A model generated the notes under the pieces. It was not told the DNA's origin. It did no database searches and saw nothing but the letters and a program-made list of their open reading frames with translations. From the human T2T-CHM13v2.0 reference genome, Homo sapiens, in the NCBI RefSeq assembly GCF_009914755.1, contig NC_060926.1: 64,000 nucleotides of DNA; one strand, given 5' to 3'. Positions 49,874-64,000 of the stretch are shown one piece after another; position 1 is the first letter of the stretch, and the number at the start of each line of letters is the position of its first letter. The translations under genes and the position numbers were made by a program.

Positions 49874-50173
49874 TTTCTTTTCTTTTTTTTTGAGTTGGAG
49901 TCTTGCTCTGTCGCCTAGGCTAGAGTGAAGTGGCATGATCTTGGCTTACTGCAAGCTCTGCCTCCTGGGTTCACGTCCTTCTCCTGCCTCAGCCTCCCAA
50001 GTAGCTGGGACTGCAGGGGCCTGCCACCACGCCTGGCTAATTTTTTTGTATTTTTAGTAGAGACAGGGTTTCAACATGTTAGCAAGGATGGTCTCGATCT
50101 CCTGACCTTGTGATCCACCGGCCTCGGCCTCCCAAAGTGCTGGGATTACAGGCATGAGTCACCGCGCCCGGCC
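49874..50173 (-). mobile_element. AluY
   Basis: AluY features (gcaagctc, tcacg); TSD taatttttctt at 49863-49873 and 50174-50184. Confidence 0.92.
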
Positions 50174-50585
50174 TAATTTTTCTTGAAGAGCAGGTTCATG
50201 CTTTTAAAAAACCTGTCATGCTTCTATTTTAATGTCCAGTTCACAGAAAAATTGGATGATACCTTTTTAACTTTAGCCAATATGCTTACACACAAAATTT
50301 CCTTTACAATTAATGTTTCAAAACTTGCTTAAACCTTCAAAACAAAATATATATATATATTTAACCTTTTAATGTAGGTAAAAATCCATATTCTTATGCC
50401 TCATGATCCTTTTACCAAAAGTATATTTTACTTTCCTTACACGCCTTGCACATAAACTGTTTCTTCAATAGTTTTACATTCAGGAGGCCTAATTACTTTT
50501 AAATTATACAGCATTTCTTGCGTAAATTCCCTTTTATAACATTTTTCACGACTTTCACAATCTTTGACTTGCCTCAACTTTCTGA

Positions 50586-50908
<323 letters not shown>

Positions 50909-52228
50909 AAACATCCCTTTCTTTAAACAACCAGTTAATTTATTTTAGGACAAGAATTTACCAGTGGTAACATCAGTGGGCTAATTGTACCCTTCATTGG
51001 TCCCCGGGGTGGTGTATGCTGGCACCAGTGTCAGTGGGTCCAGGTAGGCCAACTTTTGGGCCTCCAGATGGCTTACTTGGATGACAATAGTAACTGCAGT
51101 GGTCTGGGCAGGTGGGTGTGTTCTCCGTCCACTGGTTAGCTGGCATGGCATGCATGATGGCAGTAGCTGGCATGGCGCACATGATGATACCACTCTGGAT
51201 CCCAAGTGCTATGTGCGTTGTTAATGGTGGCTGAAATGGACTGGGCAGACCAGTCTCCATGCCCATAGATGGCATGTGCAGGTAGGTGCCAGCTGTGGGG
51301 GTAGTGACAGGGTGGGTAGGTTCAACCTCAAGGCTATGAGAGAAGTGCTCAGGTGCCAATGTTGGTGGAGTGAGCTGGTTAATCTCCAAGCCTCTGGACT
51401 GCATGCTTTGGCTTTTGGGGGTTCAAGCTTAGCTGGGTGGGCTTGACTTAGGGCCCCACAGTGGTATGTGCAGGTACTTGCTATGGTAAGTAGGGGTGAG
51501 GAGATTCCCAGGCCTCCAGGAGAATGCTCAAGAAGGGTGTGGCAGCAGTCGTACTACATTCCTGCCACTGAGGAGGATAGGGCCACCTTCAGTGATGGCA
51601 GCCTAGGCTGGTGGCTAGGGAACACCTGCCCTGCTCTTGCCTCAGCCCCATTGGCAGCAGCCCTCGCCTTCACTGCATTTTAGTCCCAGCAGCAGCAGCA
51701 TCCTGCACTTTGTTCATGACTTAGCTCTAGTACTGCTGGGCCCAGGATAGTTCATAGCCTGTTGTGTGCTATGCTCTTAAAATGGCACCTTGCTGTAGAT
51801 GCTTAGGAGTTGGGGGAAGTGGGGGACCTAGTACAAACTCATTCCCTGGAGCAGTTCTATTGTCTAATCTCCAGGCAGCTCCATATATTAGTTTCAGGGC
51901 TTGCATAGGTGATGGGGATCTCCCATGCCTGGGACTGCAGGAGTCCACAGTTGGAATGTGGTCCACTGTGAGTCTATTACTTACTCTTTCCCCACACTGG
52001 GGAGTCATTCCCGTCTCCCAGCTGATCTTGGCTGAGAAGAGTGCTTCACTTCCCTCTCCTTTCTTGCTTTAGGTATTTTTTTGTCACTTTTCTGTTGAAT
52101 TCCAGTGTCCTCTTTTTAACGATCTATTCAAAGTGCAATTATCTACTCATTATTTTGGTGGTTCTTAGTGCCCAATGCATATTTCTGAATGAGGTAAAGA
52201 ATCAGTGATCCATTTGCTTTTTACTGTA

Positions 52229-52676
52229 TGTTAGGGGTTGAATGTTTCTTCCAAAACTCATGTTGAAACTTAATCCCCAATGTGGCAGTATTGAGAGTTG
52301 GGATATTTAAGAGATGATTGGATCATAAGGGCTCTGCCTGCAGGAATGGATTAATTCATTCATGGAGTAATGGACAAGTGGTTTAATGGATTAATGGGTT
52401 ATCTTTGGAGGGGAACTGGTGGATTAATAAGAAAAGGAAGAGAGAGCTGGACTAACATATTAGCACACTCAGGTTTGTTGCCACGTGATGCCTTGCTCCT
52501 CCTTGGTTTGCTGCAAAAAGCCCACCAACAAGAAGGCCCTCACTAGATATGCCCCCTTGACCTTAAACTTCTCAGCTTCTGTAATGATATAAGAAATAGT
52601 TTTCTTTTCTTTAGAAATGACTCAGTTTCAGGTATTCTATTATAAAGAACATTAAACAAACTAATGAACTAAGATA
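52229..52676 (+). mobile_element. MST (MSTC/D-like) solo LTR
   Basis: ccaaaactcatgttgaaacttaatccccaatgtggcagtattgag...gaactaagata; TSD ctgta/ctata. Confidence 0.85.
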
Positions 52677-52750
52677 CTATATTAAGTTTATTTTTAGGCA
52701 AGTGACATAGATACTTAGATGCTTTCCCTTCTAGGAGACCATTATAATTC

Positions 52751-52845
52751 TTTTTATTCTTTTTATTCTAGAGACAGAGTGTTTCTTTGTTGCTCACACT
52801 GAAGTGCAGTGCTGCAATCATAGCTCATAACAGCCTCAAACTTCT
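52751..52845 (-). mobile_element. AluJ 3' fragment
   Basis: Tail plus ~75 bp of right arm. Confidence 0.8.
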
Positions 52846-53205
52846 ACTCCATTTCAACTTGAGATGTACACACGATATAATACTAGATATTTTCAGTCAA
52901 AAGCATTTTCAGATCTTGTCACCAGAGAAGTCTTCTGTTCTTATGTGTTTCAAGTTTTCTGTAGTAAACTATATAGTACATTTAAACTGTTATTTGTTTT
53001 CAACTTTATAGGCTTTAAACATTTTATTAAAAGTATAATACTATAATATCTTGGTGTTATCACTTTATAATTATCCCATTGATAGGTGAATTTTGAAGGC
53101 AATTTAGTGACCTGCATAAAGGCATGAGGTGATTTAGCTAAAATTTGGGCAAAGTGATCAAATACCTGCACAAAATTTGTTATTATATCGTTAAGTGTAA
53201 TATAA

Positions 53206-53490
53206 TTTTTTAGAGATAGGGTCTTGCTCTGTCATTTGGGCTGTGGTGTAATCATAGCTTATTCCAACTGCAAATTCCTGGGCGTAAGCAATCCTCTGGC
53301 CTCAAACTCTCAAGTAGCTGAAACCATAATTGCATGCCACCACACCCAGCTAATTTTAAAATTTTTATTTTATTAGAGATGGGGTCTTGCCATGAAGCCC
53401 AGGCTGGTCTCAAACCCCTTGCCTAAAGTGATCCTCCCACCTTAGCTTCCTAAGTAACTGGAATTATAGCACGAGAAACCACACTGAGCT
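53206..53490 (-). mobile_element. AluJ, diverged
   Basis: Dimeric Alu with J-type motifs (aagcaatcctc, gatcctcccacc). Confidence 0.88.
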
Positions 53491-53587
53491 GTTATAATTC
53501 CTTATATAGAAAAAGTAAAGAGAAACATTCATTATAGCTTTAGAGAAAGGGAGAAAGAGAGTTGTTCTTATTTTGACTTTCCAGTCC

Positions 53588-54115
53588 TGTTTTAGTTATC
53601 TATTGCTGCACAGTGAATTACCTCACATCTTAGCAGCCTAAAACAATAATAAACATTTTTTATCTTACACAGTTTCTATGTATCAGGAATTCAGGACCAG
53701 CTTATATGGGTTGTTCTGGCTGAGAGCCTCTTATGAAATTGTAATCAAGATGTCAGCTAGGCCTGCACTCATCTGCAGACTTGACTGGGGCTGGAGGACC
53801 TGCTTTCAAGGTGGTCCACTCAGTTGACTAGAAAGTAGGGGTTGGATATTGACAGGAGGGCTCAGTTCCTTGCCATATGGGTCTCTTCATATGGCTGCTT
53901 AAGCGTCTTCACAAAATGGCAGTTGGCTTCCTCCAGAGCAGGTTGTCTAAGATAGGATGCTGCAGTTACAGAGTCATTTTTTGACCTTGCTTCAGAGTCA
54001 ACACACATTTGCTTCTGGATATATTATTTGTTACGCATGTCCATCCTAGTCAATGTGGGAGGAAACTACAGAAGGGTATGAATGCCAAGAGGCATTTTGG
54101 TGGATGCCTTCCACA
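53588..54115 (-). mobile_element. MLT1 (MLT1H-like) solo LTR
   Basis: tgttttagttatctattgctgca...aaacaataataaacatt...cacagtttct...caggaattcagg...ccaca. Confidence 0.75.
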
Positions 54116-55069
54116 AATCCCTACGTGGTTGTGTCCTTTGATTTCTGGAGCTTTTCATCCTGTTTCTATCAGTCAGTCAGTTAATAGCAACATCAAAGCT
54201 CAAGTAAAGAGACACCTGACAACACAGAGACAATGTATTAGAGATCTGCATGCAAGAAAACAATATAATTTGTACTTGTCAATATCAGTTTCTGCATGCA
54301 TGGAGATCTCCTTGGGCTTATCACTGTGCCTAGCATAAATACGAAATACTTAGAAGTTTCTCTGCAAATGTAATATTTTTGAATGAGAGAATGAAGGAAT
54401 AAAGAAAGGGATTGGTCTTTTTGCCTCATGAAACTGAGCATTGGCTTTGTGCTGGGACTTACATAAACAATTTTCAGCCTTCAGAAAAGCACATTAATTT
54501 TAATAGCAAATAATTAAACATGCTATTAACTTTTACCTTTCATGGTCTAGGTAGATGCTTATTGGATTTGAAATTCACCAAACATAAATCAGACAATTCT
54601 TTCCTTTTCACTCATGGATAGCTTTATCCCTTTATTCTTCTCTGGTTAAAAAAAATACATTTGCATTTGGTGTGATTTGTTCCAATCATTAGCTTTAATG
54701 CCTAATATGCAGAATGGGTATTTTTGATCCGATCTTCTACCTGCTCACCTTAGTCATAATCTATCACCAAACTATTCTATAAGGGGATTCCTATGGATAC
54801 CATTACTGTTATTAAATTTATATTCCACTTATTTGTAAAGTACTTTTGGAATTTTCAACATATCCACAATCCAATAATACCTATCTAAGTTGTCATTCCT
54901 TAAAAGGCTCAAAAACTCTAAGATCCAACTTAGCAGTAAAGCACAAAGAAACATTTTACATTTTAAGAATGTTATTCAATATGATTCTTATTTAAGTGAT
55001 TTATGGCTATGTTTTGCTAAAAAGAATTTCTAGAGCACTGCCAGAAAATTAAATTTAGGAACTCTCTCA

Positions 55070-55690
55070 TCTAGTGCTTGTGGAAGTATATATTTTTGGG
55101 ATAAGTACTTTGTAGATCAATTTGACACTATCTAGTGGAGTTGAAATTGTATCTATCCTATGGCCCATTAATTCCAGTCCTGAGTATATACATTAGGGAT
55201 ACTCAAACACAAAAAACTATGCATTGCAGCATTGTTATGGTGAAAAATTTCAAAAGTATACAAGGTAAAAACACAAATGGATAACAAAAACTATTATAAA
55301 TTATGAAATTTGATATAATTCATGCATTTAAATACTCTATAGGAACAAAAATGAATAACATAGTACAGATATCAATGTAGATGAGTCTCACACACATTGT
55401 GAAAGATAAAAAGCAAGTTGTAGAAGGATATATAACGTAATTCTATTTGTGTAGCTTAAACTATGCAAAACAATATTGTTTAGGGTCTAAATGGACAGAA
55501 TAAAAGTACAAAAAATGAAAATGATAAACCTAAAATTCAAGATAGAAATTTTCTTTATAAGCGGGAATGAGAGTAAATAGGATCTGGGATGGGTAGATAG
55601 GCGGGTTTAAATGTATTTGTAATGTTTTAGTTCTTGTGTTAAATGGTAGGTATACTGATACTTTATAGCATATTTAAAAATTTAAAAATC
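55070..55690 (+). mobile_element. Old L1ME-like 3' fragment
   Basis: Degenerate ORF2 end (tatggccca..aattccagtcctgagtatatac) and L1M 3' UTR. Confidence 0.65.
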
Positions 55691-56070
55691 CAAATAAAGT
55701 GCTGACAATTGGGATAGAGGTATAGCAACACTCAGTGCATGTGCAAACAGCATTTTATGCAGTATTATTTTACTGGAGTTTCTATAATTTTTTATATGGA
55801 CTTCCACTGCTTCCAACATTGTATTCACTCTATTCATGTGATCACTTTGTGAAAAGTTGCATGTATTCCTCCCTCACTTTCTTCTGTAAAAAGGAGTTAT
55901 TACATTAAGTAATCTTTGGCATAAAATACTGTTTGGCTATAATGCTTGATTTAGGTATAATAATTGAGGTATTAAAAATAAAGCCCCTTAGAAATAAATA
56001 TAGGTTCACAAAAGATAGAATTAACCTTTTACAATTTCTAAACTGCTCCCCCCATATATTCTCAATAATC

Positions 56071-56416
<346 letters not shown>

Positions 56417-56454
56417 TGAAACACTTCTGCTCTATTTGCCTTTTAGTGTTGTAA

Positions 56455-56889
<435 letters not shown>

Positions 56890-58329
56890 CAGATTAAATT
56901 TCTATAAGTACTTTAGAATTTTCTTCATAATAAAAAATTAATTAAATTTTTTTCCTGTATGAGAGAGCCTCAAAATATGATTCACAACTTACTGCTACTT
57001 CATGTATAGTGCTAACTACTTTTGAATCACTTCATGCAGATTAAAGAGAACTAATTAAAGATCAGTGCTCTTGAGAGCAAGGCCCAATGCAGAGAGAAAC
57101 AAGAGCTAGCAGCCAGAATGCAAGGGAGGAGAAGTAATGTCCATTCCTTCCTTTTGTGTGAATAAAAACAGAAACCTACTAACAGTGTCCCTGAGTGTTA
57201 AGCATCTGTGAAATTGTACCGTGATGAGCACTTAGCAGTGCTTTGGCAATAGTGAATGTTTAATATACATTCATTGAATAAATAAATACATAAATAAAAG
57301 AAAAAATACTGAATAAGAGAAATACTTGTTGAAAGAATCATGCTTGTGGGGAATAAAATCACTTAGCAATTCTGTAAAACTTCTGAAATAAAAATGTTGA
57401 GAGCTCCATAACTCTATTCTATGTATTTCCCCGGCATTTGTAGAAAGGAACATATATCTTTATAATGTTGACTTTCCCTAATCCTAAACAGAAATAAAGA
57501 TTGCTCCTCATCTCAGTTCTGGTTTGAATATGGCTATCATTTAGTACTCTTCCAGGAAGCTAGGAGAGGGAGGTTCTTTCTTCACAGCTGTCCCAAGATC
57601 AAGAGGTTCCCAAAATAAAATTAAACACTGAACATTCAAGGACATTACCAGATGACATATGCTTCCTTTTTTACTTTCTCAGCAATACCTTAAGAATTGA
57701 AAAAAAAAAAAAAACATTTGATGAATGATAGTTCTGGGCTATTTTTAATTTCCGTACCAGCTCAGAAAGCATGTTCTATTCCCAACTCCCTCATTCTTAC
57801 GTCTCTGCCCTCTGCCCTGAACAGTTGTAAACTTGTTCATAGAAAGAAGATGTACTTTCACTTTGAGACAGTGGTTATCTTCCTTACATCAATTCTGTTC
57901 AGTAGTGCACATGTTAAAAGGGGCTTCATCTCAGGATATTTACACCACTTCAGGTTGAATTAAGTTCTTCTTAATCTTCCCAAGGGAGATAGGAAAATAT
58001 TGAAGTGCCTGCTTCTCTTACCCTTCTGCTAAATCAATACTGAACTTGACTGATTTCTAATTGACTCATTATGTGCAGTATCTGAGAATTTTTTTAAACT
58101 AACATAGAAAAGGATCAGACCCCAAAAAATGAAGTTCCTAAGTATGTCAGAATAATAGGAACAGAAAAAAAAATACAAACTTAGGGAATATTTCTGGTTG
58201 ACTTATTTTGGACTTTTATATGAGACCAAATATCATGATATGAGGTTACTGTTTCTTTAGGACTCAAAAACAAAAAAGAAGACAGACATGGGAAGGACAT
58301 ACTTTTTTAACCTTAAAAGTAGAATTATA

Positions 58330-61300
58330 AGGGTCAAAACAAAATGGTGGGAATGGACTGTCCAGCAATCATCCCCTCACAGAAACATCAATGTGAAAAA
58401 CTATTCACTCACACAAATATTTGCATGAGAACTAAGGAAACCAACCGAGAGATAACAGTACCTAGCTGTAACACAATAATAAAAAAATAAGAAAAAGATG
58501 CATTTAGGAGGGTAGGAAGAATAGTTTTACATTACCCACACCACCCCTTCCCCAATTCCAGGCAGCACAGCACAGACAGAGATACTGTCCACTTGGGATA
58601 AAGAGAGGGAAGTGATTACAGAACTTTGCCTTAGATCCCAACATGAGATCTATCACAGTAAAACAAAGAACTGGGTGGATATTCAGGCATCATACTTGAG
58701 CTGGTAACTTATGACTGAGCCTCTGAGCCTGCCTTGACAACAAGTGGGACTGTACAGCTTCAGGCATAAGGCTTGCATGGTGAACTCAATATCTGGCCCA
58801 CACCATCGCCAGGCCGACATCAGGGGCCCTGGGCTCTGGATACCTCTCAGTGACAGGTAACCCTCAGCAGCATGGGCTTCTGATACACCAGTGCCACTCT
58901 GATCACATCTACCTGGGGCTTCTAGTAGCACCATGCCAGCCACAGCAGGCCCCATGCTCCTGACCTGTCTCATTGCTTCTCCTGCCACAGTGAGCCCTGA
59001 GTTTTGAGCAGTACCATGCTTGTCACAGCTTCCCTGGGCTTCTGGTATGTTTGAGCACTGTGCCTGTCACAGGGATTTCCCAGGCAGAGCCAGTCTATGA
59101 AGACTGAAATAAGTATCTACTTCTTCAAATGCACAGACATTGACATACAACCACAAGGATCAAAAACACCCAGGGAAAAACAATATCACCAAATGGACAA
59201 AATAGAGTGCCAACGACCAACCCTAAAGAGATAAAGATGTACTAAATGACTGACAAAGGATTCAAAATAATCATTTTAAGGAAGCTCAGCAAATTTCAGT
59301 AAAGAGAAACAATTCGACAAAATGAGGAAAACAAGATATCAGAATGATAAACTTAATAGACTGAATAATAAAAAATTGAAGCAGAAATCTTGGAGTTGAA
59401 AATAAAATAAAAAATGCGATAGAGAGCATTGACAGCAGAACTAAGTATGAGAAAAAGTCTGTGAATTTGATGACAGGTCATCTGAAAATATACAGTCAGA
59501 GGAGAAAAAAGAAATGGAAGAAAACATAAAGGATTTATATCAAAAGAATGAATGTTCAAGTTATAGGAATTTAAGAAGAAGAGAAAGATAGAAGGGGAGA
59601 AGCTTATTTAAAGAAATAGTAACAGAAAACTCCAAAGCTAGAGAAGAAACTATCTACGTACAAGAAAGTCAAAGTTCTCCAAGCAGATTTAATCCAAATA
59701 AGACTATTCCAATACATATAATGATCAAATCATCAAAAACCAAAACAAAGAAAAGATTCTGATAGCAGCAAATAAAAAGAAACAAATCACATACAAGAGA
59801 GGTCCAATACACCTTAGCAGCAGACATACCAGCAGAAACTTTCTAGGCTAGGAGAGAGTAGGATGATATATTTAAAGCACTAAAGAATGAAAACTGGCAA
59901 TCAAGAATACTATTCCCAGAAAATCTGTCCATCAGAAATGAAGAAGAGATAAAAGGCTTTCCTCAATAAACAAAAGCTGAGAGAGTTTATCAACACCAGA
60001 CCTTTCTTATAAGAAATGATAGGCCAGGCATGGTGAGTCACACCTGTAATTCTACTTTAGGAGAGCAAGACAGATAGATCACTTGAGCCCAGGAGTTCAA
60101 GACTAGCCTGAGAAACATGACAAAACCCCACTGCTACACACACACACACACACATACACACACACACAATTAGCCAGGCATAGTGGTGTGTGACTGTAGT
60201 CCCAGCTACTTGGGAGGCTAAGATGAGAGGATCACTTGAGCCCAGTGATCATGCCACTGCTACTACAGCCTGGGCAACAGATTGAGGGCCTGTCTTGGGG
60301 TGGGGGTCGGGGGGGAAGAAATGGTAAAGGGAATTCTTCAATCTGAAAAAAAATGGTAATTAGTAGTATGAAAACATCTAAAAGTAAAAAAACTCATATA
60401 AAGTTAAGAACACAGTCATTCATTCTAATACTTTAATGGTGTTGTGTAAGTTACTTATATCTTTAACATAAAGGTTAAAAACTAAAACTATTAACAATAG
60501 CTATGATACTATGTTAAGGGATATGCACTATAAAAAGTGTAAATTGTGACATCAGTAATTCAAAATATGAGGCAGACAGTGGAGTAAAAATATGGAGGTC
60601 TTTCTAGTTTCAAAGTTAAGTTGTTGTCAGCTTAAAACAACCCTTTATAACCAGATTTTTTTTTTCTTTGTAAGTGTCATGGTAACTAAAAAGCAAAACT
60701 CTATAATTGACAGTCAAAAAATAAAAAACAAGGAACTAATACATACTGGTAGAAAAAATCACTTAGCTACAAAGGAAGACAACAAGAGAGCAAGAAAAAA
60801 CAAAAGATCTACAAAACAACTAGAAAACAATTAACCAAATGAAAATAGTAAGTTCTTACCTACCAAAAATTACATTGACTGCAATGGATTAAAGTCTTTA
60901 ATCAAAAGACATAAGGTGGCCAAATAAATCAATATAAAGACTCAATTATATGCTGCCTAAAAGAGACTCACTTCACTTGTAAGAACACACATAGATTGAA
61001 AGCGAAGGGATAGGAAAAGATATTCCATTGAAATGGAGACCAAAAGAGAGGAGGAGTAGCTATACTTAGATAAAATAGACTTTAAGTCAAAAACTGTAAA
61101 GAGAGACAAAGAAGGCCATTATATAACGATAGAGAATGATTGAATAGTAGGATATAATAATTATAAAAATATATGCACCCAACATCAGAATATCTAAATA
61201 TATGACACAAATATTAATAGATCTGAATGGAGAGATAGATCACATTACAATAATAGTAGGGGGCATCAATACCCCACTTTCAGCAAAGGACAGATCATTT

Positions 61301-61662
61301 AGACAGAAAATCAGTAAGAGAATATTGGATGTAAACTACACTCTAGATCAAATGGACCTAACAGACATATGCAAAACATCTTATTAAACAGTTGCAGAAT
61401 ACATGTTCTCCCTAACTGTACATAGAACCTTCTCCAGGATAGATCATATGGTAGGACAAAAAGCAAGTCTTAAAAAATTTAAGATTAAAATAATATAAAG
61501 TTCATTTTCTGACCACAGTGGTATAAAACTAGAAATCAATACAACAGGAACTTTCAAAAATTTACATATACATTGAAATTAAACAACATGTTCCTGAACA
61601 ACCAATGGATCAATAAAGAAATTAAAAGGGACATTAAAATACTTTTTGAGACAAATGAAAGT
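58330..61662 (+). mobile_element. Old L1M (L1MA-era) 5' portion: 5' UTR, ORF1 and start of ORF2 endonuclease
   Basis: caaaatggtgg start; ORF1 remnants; EN peptide 'DHITIIVGGINTPLSAKDRSFRQKI...TLDQMDLTDI' (61202-61387). Confidence 0.85.
60022..60315 (+). mobile_element. AluJ with (CA)n linker and G-rich tail
   Basis: TSD aagaaatgRta at 60011-60021 and 60316-60326. Confidence 0.9.
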
Positions 61663-61664
61663 GG

Positions 61665-64000
61665 CCTTTGGGAGCTCAAAACAGAAGGTTTACTTGAAGA
61701 CAGGAGTTCAAGACCAGTCTAGACCATTTATATGATTTGGCTGTGTCCCCACCCAAATCTCATTTGAATACCCATGTGTTGTGGGAGGGACCTGATGGGA
61801 GGTAACTGAATCATGGGGGCAAGTCTTTCTCATGCTGTTCTCATGATAGTGAATAAGTCTCACAGATCTGATGGTCTTATAAATGGGAGTTTCCCTGCTC
61901 AAGCTCTCTTCTCTTGTCTGCTGACATATGAGATGTGCCTTTCACCTTCCACCATGTTTGTGAGACCTTCCCAGCCACATGGAACCGTAAGTCTGTTAAA
62001 TCTCTTTATTTTGCAAATTGCCCAGTCTTTATCTGCAGCATGGAAATGGACTTATGCAGTGAATTGGGTACCAGTAGAGTGGGGCACTACTGTAGATACC
62101 AGAAAATGTGAAAGCAACTTTGGAACTGGCTAACAGGCAGGGGTTGGAAGAGTTTGGAGGGCTCAGAAGGAGATAGGAAAATGTGGAAAAGTTTGGAAGT
62201 TCCTAGAGACTTGTTGAATGGCTTTGCTCAAAATGCAGACAGCAATATGGACAATAAGGTCCAGACTGAGGTAGTCTCAGGTAGAAATGAGGAATTTGCT
62301 GGGAACTGGAGCAAAGGTAACTCTTGTTATGTTTTAGTAAAGAGACTGGCTGCATTTTGCCCCTGTGCTAGAGATTTGTGGAACTTTGAACTTGAGAGAG
62401 ATGATTTAGGATATCTGGTGGAAGAAATTTCTAAGCAGCAAAACATTCAAGTGGTGACTTGGTCCTGTTAAAGGTATTCAGTTATATAAGGAAAGCAGAA
62501 TATAAAAGTTTGGAAAATTTGCAGCCTGACAATGCAATAGAAAATAAAACCCATTTTTTGAGGAGACATTCAAGCCAGTTGCAGAAATTTGCATAAGTAA
62601 CAAGGAGCAGAATGTTGATCCCCAAGACAATGGGGAAAATGTCTCCAGGGCATGTCAGAGGTCTTCATGGTAGCCCCTCCCATCACAGGCCTAGGAGGGA
62701 AAAATGGTTTCATGCCAGGCCCAGGGTCCCCGTGCTGTGTGCAGTCTAGAGAATTTTTGGTGCCCTGTGTCCCAGTTGCTTCAACAGTGACTAAAAGGGA
62801 CCAAGGTACAACTCAGGCCGTAACTTCAGAGGGTGCAAGCCCCAAGGCTTGGCATCTTTCACGGGGTGTTGAGCCTGCAGGTTCACAGAAGTCAAGAATT
62901 GAGGTTTGGGAACGTCTGCCTAGATTTCAGAGGATGTATGGAAACACCTGGCTGTCCAGGCAGAAGTTTGCTGCAGGGGCAGGGCTCTCATGGAGAACCT
63001 CTGCTAGGGCAGTACAGAAGGGAAATGTAGGGTCAAAGCCCCCACACAGAGTCCCTACTGGGGCACTTCCTAGTGGAGCTGTAAGAAGAGGGCCACTGTC
63101 TTCCAGACCCTAGAATGGTAGATCTACCTACAGCTTGCACAGTGCACCTGGAAAAGCCACAGACGCTCAATGCCAGCCCATGAAAGCAGCGTACAGGAGG
63201 AAGGCTGTACGTTGGCTGCAAGGCCACAGGGATGGAGCTGCCCAAGACCATGGGAACCCACCTGGATACGAGACACAGAGTCAAAAGAGATCATTTTGGA
63301 GTTTTAAGATTTGACTGCCCTATTGGATTTTGGACTTGCATGGGGCCTGTGGCCCCTTTGCTTAGCCAATTTCTCCCATTTGGAATGGCTGTATTTACCC
63401 ACTGTACCCCCATTGTATCTAAGAAGTAACTAACTTGTTTTTGATTTTACATTCTCATAGGCAAAAGGACTTACCTTGTTATGAATGAGACTTTGGGCTG
63501 TGGACTTTTGAGTTAATGCTGAAATGAGTTAAGACTTTGGGGGACTGTTGGGAAGGTGTGATTGGTTTTGAAATGTGGGGTCATGAGATTTGGGAGGGGC
63601 CAGGGTGGAATGATATGGTTTGGCTCTGTCCCCACCCAAATCTCATCTTGAATTTCCACATGTTGTGGGAGAGGCATGGTGGGAGGTAATTGAATCATGG
63701 GGGTAGGTCTTTCCCTTGCTGTTCTCATGATAGTGATTAAGTCTCTTGAGATCTTATGACTTTATTAACGGGAGTGTCCCTGCACAAGTTGTCCCTTTTG
63801 TCTGCTGCCATGTGAGACATGCCTTTCACCTTCCATTATGATTGTGAGGCCTCTCCAGCCATGTGGAACTGTAAGTCCATTAAATCTCTTTCTTTTTAAA
63901 ATTACTCAGTCTTGGGTATGTCTTTATCAGCAGCGTGAAAACAGACAAATACAGCAATGTAAAGAGACCCTGTCTCTACCAAAAAATAAAAATAAAAATT
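61665..64000 (+). mobile_element. AluJ/FLAM left arm split by THE1B (61665-61727 and 63954-64000)
   Basis: ctttgggag...caggagttcaagaccagtct | gcaatgtaaagagaccctgtctctacaaaaa. Confidence 0.8.
61728..63953 (+). mobile_element. Full-length THE1B: 5' LTR 61728-62058, internal 62059-63610, 3' LTR 63611-63953
   Basis: Two homologous THE1 LTRs around the ~1.55 kb MaLR internal region; polypurine tract gggaggggccagggtggaa before the 3' LTR. Confidence 0.93.

Noticed and set aside
54740-54900. Minus-strand exon ending at AAG|gtgagc (~54749)
   Set aside because: The donor is good but there is no convincing acceptor, and there are stops in all three frames upstream.
62154-63429. ORFs of 65-153 aa in the THE1 interior
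   Set aside because: Degenerate MaLR internal sequence, interrupted by stops and frameshifts.

Overview
Primate genomic DNA, almost certainly human because it carries an Alu with all five AluYa5 diagnostic bases. I found no recognisable host protein-coding gene, RNA gene, CRISPR array or prokaryote-type system. Roughly 80-85% of the window is retroelement-derived. The dominant structure is a ~45 kb 'Russian doll' (7150-52166). An old L1MA-type element appears to split an L2 remnant and is itself split by TSD-bounded insertions nested five L1 levels deep: L1MA > L1PA15/16 > L1PB1 > L1PA8 > full-length L1PA4/5. Side branches are a second L1PA15/16 (holding a short L1PA15/16, a twin-primed L1PA7 and a THE1A LTR) and a MER4A > HERV-I/HERVIP10 (LTR10, env, integrase) > AluY/AluYa5 stack. 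Most junctions can be closed by reading matching TSDs. Other notable signals are a 152-codon ORF0 frame, a ~5 kb-arm L1 inverted repeat, a 90-bp captured polyadenylated fragment at a 1.25 kb deletion, template-switch scars, an Alu with a G-rich tail, a full-length THE1B, and candidate + strand exons in unique sequence at 3.7-5.8 kb. Subfamily names come from recalled consensus features and are approximate; no search was run.
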